Of a stretch of 44,301 nucleotides of DNA, positions 1 through 7,951 are shown piece after piece. Under the pieces are notes generated by a model that saw only the letters and a list, made by a program, of their open reading frames with translations, was not told where the DNA came from and searched no databases. The first letter of the stretch is position 1. Each line of letters opens with the position of its first letter. Position numbers and translations under genes: made by a program. This DNA comes from Minisyncoccota bacterium. Lineage in GTDB: Bacteria > Patescibacteriota > Minisyncoccia > UBA6257 > JAKLIH01. The stretch covers positions 1 to 44,301 of the forward strand of contig JAQVPP010000001.1 of NCBI GenBank assembly GCA_028702045.1, in the 5' to 3' direction.

Positions 1-2
1 CA

Positions 3-548
3 ATTTATTTTCATGAAATAAAAAATGCATATAAAAGCCACAATATGAAAATATGTAAAAAACCTGAAGTGTCCCCATGAGGCTTAATTGATTTAGCTAT
101 TCATCACAAAAAATCATTAAATACAAAGAATAAGAGTGATAAAGATGTTATTTATTGTATTTTTGACGTAGATCAATTTTTCCAAGAAAATCAAAAAGAG
201 TTTTTAAAAGGGATAAAAAGGGCTCAAGAAAATGAAATATATTTAATTTTCTCTAATAAATGTTTCGAGTTATGACTATTACTACATTTTCAAGAAATAT
301 ATAACTGTATGAGTGCTAAAGAATTAGAGAGGCAACTAAAAAAATATATTCCTAAATATCATAAAGGATATAATATTTACCCTGAAATTAAAGATAAAAT
401 GCATAACGCAATAAGAAATAATAAAAAAATTTTTAATATTGATTATACAAAAATTGATTGGCAACAATGGTTAAGTGATAAAAGTAATCCCTCAACAAAT
501 TTTTATCAAATAATTGATAAAATACAAAAAATGCACGAAGAAAATTAA
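3..548 (+). CDS. RloB-like protein, C-terminal part (5' end outside window)
   Basis: Frame-3 ORF is open from the window edge. In-frame TGA at 78-80 and 273-275. The segment IYLIFSNKCFEL[TGA]LLLHF matches the RloB-family SNxCFE-W-LLLHF signature as I recall it. Ends in TAA at 546-548. Confidence 0.55.
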
Positions 549-571
549 AAACACTGAGTAAATCAGTGTTT

Positions 572-991
572 TTAATTAATAGTTATTGCCCTTTTTTCAT
601 ACTCAATTATTTCAATATTAATAATTAAGGGCTTATATTGTTTTAAAAACTTGGATCCATCAGCCCATTCTAAAACAATTAAATTATTATTATCATTAAC
701 CAACTCTTCTATTCCTAAGCTTTTTAAATTAATATCAATTTTATCAATAAACCTATAGCAGTCAAAGTGATGTAGGTTTTTATTTTTAGAAATATATGAT
801 TTAAGTATAGTAAAAGTAGGGGAGGTTATGTTTTTCTCTATATTTAATGCTTTAGCTATTCCTTTTGTAAACTCTGTTTTACCTGCACCCAACTCTCCAT
901 TTAAAATAATAATATTTGTACTCAAAGAATCTACTATTTCTTTAGCTATATTATGAGTATCTTCTACTGTATTTGATATATATATTTTCAT
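572..991 (-). CDS. tsaE: tRNA t6A biosynthesis ATPase TsaE (YjeE family)
   Basis: 139 aa. P-loop LNGELGAGKTEF, then SPTFTI and HFDCYR motifs typical of TsaE. Confidence 0.85.
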   Translation of the reverse strand: MKIYISNTVEDTHNIAKEIVDSLSTNIIILNGELGAGKTEFTKGIAKALNIEKNITSPTFTILKSYISKNKNLHHFDCYRFIDKIDINLKSLGIEELVNDNNNLIVLEWADGSKFLKQYKPLIINIEIIEYEKRAITIN

Positions 992-1078
992 AAAATAAAA
1001 ATATCATATTTTTTTAATTGTGTAAATTTGTTTTTTAGAGTATACTATCAATAGACTAACTTTAGAAAGGAGAATAGA

Positions 1079-1291
1079 ATGGATCCTAAATTGACAAACG
1101 AGGAAATAATTAGTTTTTGGGAGAAATTATTCCAAAAGGCAATGAATGAGGCTTCTGGGATGTCCTGGGAAGAATGGGACAAGGAGGAAGCAAATAGATG
1201 TGACTATTTTCTTCCTTCTCAACTGAACTATATCATCAGATGAGAAAGGAGTAGAAGCAAGTGTGTAAAAGGGACACTTGCTTTTTATTAG
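1079..1291 (+). CDS. small hypothetical protein (54 aa to the TGA, 70 aa if TGA is read through to TAG)
   Basis: ATG at 1079 is preceded by AAAGGAG (1066-1072). The acidic, Trp-rich product uses TGG three times. The only TGA (1241-1243) lies immediately before a terminator hairpin. The region is visibly GC-richer than its neighbours. Confidence 0.3.
1255..1288 (+). terminator. intrinsic terminator
   Basis: Stem AAGCAAGTGT / ACACTTGCTT with a 9-nt loop, followed by a T-run. Confidence 0.7.
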
Positions 1292-1363
1292 AAAAAATAA
1301 AAATATTACCTTCTTTTTTCAAAAATTTGATATACTTAATATATATAAAATTAAAATAAAATC

Positions 1364-1765
1364 ATGTTTTTAAAATTATATTTTATAGCCTTACCTATCT
1401 TTTTATTAATTGACGGTTTATGACTAGGCTTAATTGCTAAAAATTTTTATGCAAAACAAATAGGTTTATTAATGAAGACAAACATTAATTGAGTTTCTGC
1501 TTTTCTTTTCTATTTACTATTTATTATTGGTTTAGTTGTTTTTGTCTTAATTCCTGCCATAAAAAATAATTCATGGCAAAATGCCCTACTTTTAGGCTGT
1601 TTACTGGGCTGTATATGTTATGCAACATATGATTTGACTAATTTAGCTACATTAAAAAATTGACCAATTATAGTCACAATAGTAGATATTATCTGAGGAA
1701 CAGTATTAGGAGGAACAGTCTCTTTAGTAACATATTTTTTAGCTAAAACAATTTTTAAACTTTAA
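1364..1765 (+). CDS. small multi-pass membrane protein (DUF2177-like)
   Basis: Single frame with 4 in-frame TGA; ends in TAA. Hydrophobic throughout. YDLTNLATLKN[TGA]P and VDII[TGA]G resemble the DUF2177 pattern as I recall it. Confidence 0.5.
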
Positions 1766-1770
1766 GTATT

Positions 1771-2253
1771 ATGCAAGAAAAGATTAATGATATTTTCAAA
1801 TATTCAAAAAATAAAAAAAGACTTCTAGAGCTTGAAGAAAGTAATAAATTTGTTTTTCATGGATCTTATGGCGACTTAAACATATTACACCCCAAACAAG
1901 GATATAATTTAAATAAAAACACTAATGTAATGGAAAAAGACGGAGATCCAGCAGTGTTTGCTACTAATTTTTCAGAAATAGCCATATTTAGATCACTAAT
2001 TAATAAGCAAAACATAAAAGGACCAAGTTGTAGTTATTTTGGTATAAAAAAGGGTCATCTTTATTTTGCAGCAACACAAAATTTAATAGATGCCGCTAAA
2101 GATAAAACAGGTAAAATATATGTGCTAGATAAAAATAAATTTCAACCTCGCAACAACATAGAGGTAGTAAGTTATCAGTCTGTTTCACCTATTGAGGCAG
2201 TAGAAGTTGATTTTAATGATCTACCTCAAAACATAGAAATATTACAACGTTAG
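1771..2253 (+). CDS. hypothetical protein
   Basis: 160-aa ORF with no in-frame TGA and no motif I recognise. Confidence 0.5.
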   Translation: MQEKINDIFKYSKNKKRLLELEESNKFVFHGSYGDLNILHPKQGYNLNKNTNVMEKDGDPAVFATNFSEIAIFRSLINKQNIKGPSCSYFGIKKGHLYFAATQNLIDAAKDKTGKIYVLDKNKFQPRNNIEVVSYQSVSPIEAVEVDFNDLPQNIEILQR

Positions 2254-2319
2254 ACACCGTAAAAAGACATCTATATCTTTTTATGATAAGATGTATACAA
2301 TAAAAATAAAAAACACATT

Positions 2320-2700
2320 ATGATATTGATTCCTATTACACTTATTTTAGTTATATTAGTTATCTATTTTTTCCCTCAGATTCAGAAATTTTGAATCATG
2401 CAAAAAAGAATACAATCAATTAATAAAGTAGGCTTATTCCCTAAAAAAGAAATTAGTAAGATGATAAATTTCATATCAGCCAAACCAGGGGTAGATAGAT
2501 GTGAGGCAGTAAAAAGATTACTCAAGGCACATATAGAAATATTAACTACTCAATCTGAAAAAGAAGAAGGAGATAACGAAATGGCCTTTAACCTTTTCTT
2601 TTCAGAAAATGGAGAAATAAAAGTAGTACCTTTAAGTGAAGAAGAGAAAGAGGCTTTTAAGGCGGCTAAGAAAAATAATAAAACAAAAACAATAATTTAA
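2320..2700 (+). CDS. hypothetical protein with N-terminal transmembrane segment
   Basis: ATG at 2320 is in frame with track ORF 2398-2700 through a TGA at 2392-2394. The N-terminus MILIPITLILVILVIYFF is hydrophobic. Confidence 0.45.
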
Positions 2701-2705
2701 AAATT

Positions 2706-3608
2706 ATGAAAACAGACATAAAATTTAAAATTAAAAATGAAAATGATTATTTAACAATATATACAGATAGACCAGAAGTTATTTGTGGTGTAAATTTTGT
2801 ATATATACCACAAAATCATAAATTAATTGATAAATATAAAAATAAGATTAAAAACTATAACGAAGTTGCAGAGGCTAAAAAAGATATTAAAATAGAAGGT
2901 TTTAATCTTATTAATCCACTTACAAATACAGTAGTAGATATTTGACTAAGTAATGATAAAAAAGATGTTGTAATGGCAGTTCCAGCTCATAATGATGATG
3001 ATTTTGAGTTTGCAAGAAAACATAATATCAAAATGATTCCTGTAATAGAGCAAATCACAGGAACCCCAAGAGAAAATGAAAAATATAAACAAAGTATAGT
3101 GGCTGTGGTCAGAAACCCAAAAACAAATAAATATTTAACCATTAATTGGGGCAAAGATTTAGGTGGAAGACTCTTAATAGGTGGATCAATTAATGAAAAC
3201 GAAACACCACTAGACTGTGCTGTAAGAGAAATTAAAGAAGAAACTGGGTATAAAAATCTTAAATTTATTCAAGAAATATTTCCGATTAATCATCATTATT
3301 TTGCTTTTAGTAAGAATCAGGCCCATAACATAGATTGTACTGGTTTTTTATTTGATTTAATTGATGAAGAAAAAACAGAACAAAATCTAGATGAAGAAGA
3401 AAAATTTAAAGTTGAATGAGTTGAAAAAAGTACCATACAACAAGAAATTAAAGATGAGCTTCACAGTACTGTTTTTAAAAATTGTTTAAGCCCTAGGGCC
3501 TACACAGGAGATGGCAAAATAATAAATTCAGGAATTTTAAACGGTTTAAATAAAGAAGAAGCAACTAACTTAGTTATCAAATTTTTAAAAGAAAATGAAC
3601 AATGTTAA
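2706..3608 (+). CDS. LeuRS CP1 (editing-domain)-like protein with an inserted Nudix hydrolase domain
   Basis: Track ORFs 2706-2945 and 2973-3419 plus a tail to TAA at 3606-3608 share one frame, joined through TGA at 2943 and 3417.
- N-terminal part: YLTIYTDRPEVICGVNFVYIP...NPLTNTVVDI[W]L...VVMAVPAHNDDDFEFARKHNIKMIPVIEQ parallels LeuRS TTRPDT...IPVWAA...AVMAVPAHDQRDYEFA...IKPVI.
- Middle: Nudix box GGSINENETPLDCAVREIKEETGY.
- C-terminus: AYTGDGKIINSGILNGLNKEEA parallels LeuRS G-L-NSG-FNGL.
- No HIGH or KMSKS catalytic motifs. Confidence 0.7.
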
Positions 3609-4041
3609 TTTTTTTAAAAAAATTATATATAAATTTATTAAAATATACTGAAAAGTATTTAAACCACAAACCTGTGGTGTAAAAGTAATTATCGAAAATA
3701 AGGGAAAGCTTGTATATATAATTAATAATTATGGATCTAAATTAAAAAATTTACCAGGTGGCAAGATAGAAAAGAATGAAAACCCAATACAAGCAGGAAT
3801 TAGAGAAGTGAAAGAGGAATTAGATATAGATATTTTTGATATTCAAAATATAGATCTAATATTTTCAAATAAAGAAGGCAAAAGAGATACAATATTTATT
3901 ATATATGCTAAAACAAAAGCAGAAACCTTTAATATTGATAAGTTTGAAATACTAGAAGCAAATTGGTTTTCTTTAAATGATTTATCTGGTTTTTGTACAA
4001 CTGCACAAAAAATTTTAAAAATATTTTTAAAAAATAACTAA
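3595..4041 (+). CDS. Nudix hydrolase
   Basis: ATG at 3595 is in frame with track ORF 3808-4041 through a TGA at 3649-3651. Nudix box GGKIEKNENPIQAGIREVKEELDI. Overlaps the previous gene by 14 nt. Confidence 0.7.
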
Positions 4042-4067
4042 TAAAAACTCTTACAATAAATATTTAT

Positions 4068-4406
4068 ATGAACCATATTATGAAATTAGACCCAAAACCA
4101 TTTTATAAAATTAAAAACGGGCAAAAAGATACAGAATATCGTTTAAATGATAAAAAAAGAAAATCTATAAAAGTCGGGGATACAATAACTTTTTACAAAA
4201 GACCAGAAGAAAAAGAAAGAATAAAAGTTATAGTTGTAGGATTAAAATATTATGAGACTTTATTAGAAATGTTTACAGATAATTTTGAAAAAAATTTAAA
4301 AAATGAACATGTAAGTCCCCAGAAAGTTGTTGAAAACTTTTCTTATTATTCTGAAAAAGATATAAAAAGATATGGATGTGTGGCTATTAATATAAAATTA
4401 AAATAA
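4068..4406 (+). CDS. ASCH domain protein
   Basis: 112 aa. The N-terminal pattern KPFYKIKNGQKDTEYRLNDKKRKSIKVGDTITF is typical of ASCH/PUA-like domains. Confidence 0.6.
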   Translation: MNHIMKLDPKPFYKIKNGQKDTEYRLNDKKRKSIKVGDTITFYKRPEEKERIKVIVVGLKYYETLLEMFTDNFEKNLKNEHVSPQKVVENFSYYSEKDIKRYGCVAINIKLK

Positions 4407-4410
4407 AATT

Positions 4411-4887
4411 ATGGATGTAGATATAAAGAAAGCTAAAACAACAGACTTAAAAAGAATCCAAGAGTTAAGCTCAATGCTTTTACAAAAAGAATATGAAGAT
4501 TATCCAGATAAATATATAAATTTAGACTGACCTCTTAGTGAGGAATGCACACAATCTTTTAAAAACAGTATTTTAAGTGACGAGTGTTGTACGCTAATAG
4601 CTGTTGTAAAAAATAATGTAGTTGGACTTTTAAGTGGAGGTATTACTAAAGGAGAGGTATATAGAAATTTGCCTAAAACAGCAGAAGCAGGAATTATTTT
4701 TGTTTTAGAAGAATATAGGTCTCAAGGCATAGGTCAAAAATTATTTGATGAATTTTTTAATTGATGTAAGGCAAATAATGTTAAAAAAATTAAACTAGAA
4801 GTATCGGCTCAAAATGAAAAAGCCATTAAAATATATAAAAAAAATGGGTTTTGAGAATATACTTTGATTATGGAAAAAGATTTATAA
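4411..4887 (+). CDS. GNAT family N-acetyltransferase
   Basis: Single frame with 3 in-frame TGA. Acetyl-CoA motif RSQGIGQKLFDEFF, then EVSAQNEKAIKIYKKNGF. Absent from the track only because the TGAs cut it into short pieces. Confidence 0.7.
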
Positions 4888-4900
4888 AATATTACAATCA

Positions 4901-4926
4901 AAACACCTTTTTCAAAAGGTGTTTTT
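4901..4926 (+). terminator. intrinsic terminator
   Basis: AAACACCTTT / AAAGGTGTTT stem with a 4-nt loop and a T-run. Confidence 0.7.
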
Positions 4927-5032
4927 AAATAGATTTTTTTAAAAAAAGTATGATATAATTTCTATATACGATAATTTACTATGTATAGCAAAAGATCAAA
5001 ACAAAGGTTATAAAAATATTAATTATATTATT

Positions 5033-5752
5033 ATGATAAAATACTCAGATTTTAAAAAATTTTTCCTATATATCTTAATAGGAAGCCTTGTTATTGCTGC
5101 AGGAGTAGCAGTAGTTACAGTCTTGGTTGGAGAGTTTAATGAGGTATTATCTAGATCATTATGAACTATTGGTACGGCAGTTATTCACTCTCTAGTCAGC
5201 CTAGGTTTGTTATGAGATAATGATCGCCAAAATACATTTGAAAATTTTTCATTTTTCATTAACATATTGTTTTTCATAATTGGACTTAGTTTTATTACAT
5301 CAATTTTTGGAATTTGAAAGATATTTCCAATTGAGATAATTTGGAAACTATTTCAAAGCTATGCCATAATAGTTGCTACAGCTTTTCATGGAGATACTTT
5401 GTCCAAAGCTTTAGATAAAGAAAAATATATGAGTATGATTGCATATGCAAACTATATATTTGTAATTATAGTTGGACTTATGCTTCAGCCCATTATTTTC
5501 ATTGATAACGCAACAAGAGTTCTTGGTGATATGTATTTCAGAATTCTTGGCGCATCAGCAATAATTGACGGAACATTAAGTGTTTTATTAATTATTTTCT
5601 ATAAGTTATACATGAGTAAGCATCCAAAAATTCAAGAGAATCCTATGGATCCAGCAGTAGAAAATAAAAAACCAGCAGGCAAGAGTAGTATTTGAGTTTG
5701 ATTACTTATCATTTATTTAATAATACTAGTACTTAGATGATTGTTTTAAGGC
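5033..5752 (+). CDS. multi-pass membrane protein, unknown function
   Basis: ATG at 5033 is in frame with track ORF 5399-5695. Six in-frame TGA; ends in TAA at 5750-5752. Several hydrophobic segments. Confidence 0.5.
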
Positions 5753-5852
5753 AAGGATAAAAAACTCAAGAGACTTTTTAAAGGATATTATTGATTAACT
5801 TACCATATTTATAAAAATTCTACCAATAGGTAGGGTTTTTAATATACCTAAT

Positions 5853-5927
5853 TTGTTGCACTTCGAGTTTATATTCGCCCTGTGTTACTTGACAAATTTA
5901 TCAATATGTTGTATGTTAAAATATAAT
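5853..5927 (+). promoter_or_regulatory. promoter cassette copy 1: conserved upstream element plus TTGACA-17-TATGTT, upstream of cas4
   Basis: GTTGCACTTCGAGTTTATATTCGCC lies exactly 34 nt upstream of TTGACA (5889-5894). The same arrangement recurs at 31051-31118 and 38407-38472. Confidence 0.55.
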
Positions 5928-5950
5928 AAAATAAACAAAGTAATATTAAT

Positions 5951-6502
5951 ATGGAAGATTATATCCCAATAACAAAACTTAACGATTTTATTTTTTGTCC
6001 CCTTTCTTTATATTTTAGATCTTGTTATAACAAGTTTAAAGAAAATCTTTTTTATCAAGAGAAAATAATAGAGGGTAAAATGGAACATGAAAAAATACAC
6101 CAAGATAAATTAAAAAATAGGTGAAAATTAATCAATTTTCCAGTTTATAGCTCTTACTATAAATTATTTGGAAAAATAGATGAATATGATGAAATAACCC
6201 AAGAATTAATAGAGTATAAAAATAACATAAACAAAGTTTATGATGGATATAAAATGCAATTATATGCACAGGCAAGATGTCTTGAAACAATGGGATATCA
6301 AGTTAAAAAAATAAAACTAAAATCCATCCAAACAAAAGAAGAAATAGAAATTGCTTTGCCATCCCGTACGGAAATGAAAAAATTTGAAAAATTAATTGAA
6401 AATATTAGATATTATGATATTTTTAAATACTTAAAATACCAAAATAAATGTCAAAATAAATGTCGTAAATGTATATACAAAGAACTTTGTAACGATGATT
6501 AG
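5951..6502 (+). CDS. cas4: CRISPR-associated exonuclease Cas4
   Basis: - One in-frame TGA (6122-6124).
- N-terminal Cys (FCPLSLYF).
- GKID and IEYK, i.e. the D...ExK nuclease core.
- C-terminal Cys cluster CRKCIYKELC.
- Lies directly upstream of cas1-cas2. Confidence 0.8.
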
Positions 6503-6504
6503 TT

Positions 6505-7464
6505 ATGTTAACACTACCAGATTTTAAAGAAAAACAAATTTTATTTATAAAAGGCAACAATAATTTAGAAAATACATTAAAGTTTTCTAATGAAAATTTA
6601 ATATTTTATAAAAATGGGAAAAAACATAGCCAATTATCATGTTATAAAATTTTAGCTATATTTTTGTATGGAGATTTTTCTGTAACAACTGTCTTATTAA
6701 GAAAATTTGATGAATATGGAATAGCAGTTTTCTTTTTAAAAAATAATTTAATGTCATATTGCTATTTTAATTTAGGATTAGGAAGTAATTATCTATTAAG
6801 AATTAAACAATACAAGCAGGAAAACGAAATAAATATTGCTAAAAAAATTATTAGAAATAAAATATATAACTCGCATTTACTCCTCAAAAAATACAACTAT
6901 TGCAACAACTCATATAATTTAGACGATATTTTCTCTAAAATTACCAAGGCAGAGGATTTAAAAACATTATTAGGCATTGAGGGCAGTTTTTCTAGAAATT
7001 ATTTTTTAAATTTATTTTGTAATAAAGAAGTAAATCTGAATTGGCGAGGCAGACAACCTAGATTAAAACAAAATATGGAGAATGTTTTGTTAGATATAGG
7101 ATATACTTTTCTGTTTAATTTTATAGATTCAATTTTAAATTTATTTGGATTCGATACTTATAAAGGGTTTTGCCATCAAGTTTTTTTTAAAAGAAAATCA
7201 CTATCTTGCGATATTATGGAGCCTTTTAGGTGTATTATTGATGAAACACTATATTTAATGTTTAAAAATAAAGAAGTTAATTCATATGATTTTGATATAA
7301 AACAAAAAATTTATTCATTAAAATACAATTGTAGTAAAAAATATTGCCAAGCTTTTTTACAAGCAATTTTAAAAAATAAAATAGAAATTTATAAGTATAT
7401 TAGAAATTTCTATTACTATATATTAAACGATAAAGAAGATTTTAATAAATTTATTTTAAAATAA
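6505..7464 (+). CDS. cas1: CRISPR-associated endonuclease Cas1
   Basis: 319-aa ORF packed tightly between cas4 and cas2. Size and position are canonical for a type V-A adaptation module. Confidence 0.85.
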   Translation: MLTLPDFKEKQILFIKGNNNLENTLKFSNENLIFYKNGKKHSQLSCYKILAIFLYGDFSVTTVLLRKFDEYGIAVFFLKNNLMSYCYFNLGLGSNYLLRIKQYKQENEINIAKKIIRNKIYNSHLLLKKYNYCNNSYNLDDIFSKITKAEDLKTLLGIEGSFSRNYFLNLFCNKEVNLNWRGRQPRLKQNMENVLLDIGYTFLFNFIDSILNLFGFDTYKGFCHQVFFKRKSLSCDIMEPFRCIIDETLYLMFKNKEVNSYDFDIKQKIYSLKYNCSKKYCQAFLQAILKNKIEIYKYIRNFYYYILNDKEDFNKFILK

Positions 7465-7468
7465 AAAT

Positions 7469-7750
7469 ATGATTATAGTTTCATACGACATTACTAATGA
7501 CAAATTAAGGTCTCAATTTTCCAAACTGTTAAAAAAATATGGAAGAAGATTACAATTTTCAGTATACGAAATTAAAAATAGTGCACGAATTTTAAATAAT
7601 CTTATTGTAGAAGTAGAGTCTCGTTATAAACCAAGATTCTGTAATTTAGACAGTATTATTATTTTCCATTATTGCGAATCTTGTAGTAAAAAAATAAAAA
7701 GATATGGCTATGCAGTTCATGCAGAAAAAGAGCTAGTATTTTTTGAATAA
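7469..7750 (+). CDS. cas2: CRISPR-associated endoribonuclease Cas2
   Basis: 93 aa. The N-terminus MIIVSYDIT has the conserved Asp in strand 1. Lies immediately before the array leader. Confidence 0.85.
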   Translation: MIIVSYDITNDKLRSQFSKLLKKYGRRLQFSVYEIKNSARILNNLIVEVESRYKPRFCNLDSIIIFHYCESCSKKIKRYGYAVHAEKELVFFE

Positions 7751-7951
7751 AATAGTTGCAGAAAAAGCATTTATTTGGTATTATTAATATATTGATAAGA
7801 ACTTTAACAAATTATTCACTGTAGAAAATTGATAGAAATTGCCGTGTGTGTATTAAAAATAAATTAAAAACATGTTGACAAAAAAGAAAATTATGTCCAA
7901 ATATATTTATTGATTTGTAGATCATAACTTGACTTTTTTGTCAACTGTACT
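7751..7951 (+). promoter_or_regulatory. CRISPR leader (AT-rich) with candidate promoters
   Basis: 201-nt AT-rich gap between cas2 and repeat 1. TTGACA at 7875-7880 and TTGACT at 7929-7934; the -10 elements are weak. Also contains a partial repeat-like segment at 7897-7922. Confidence 0.5.
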
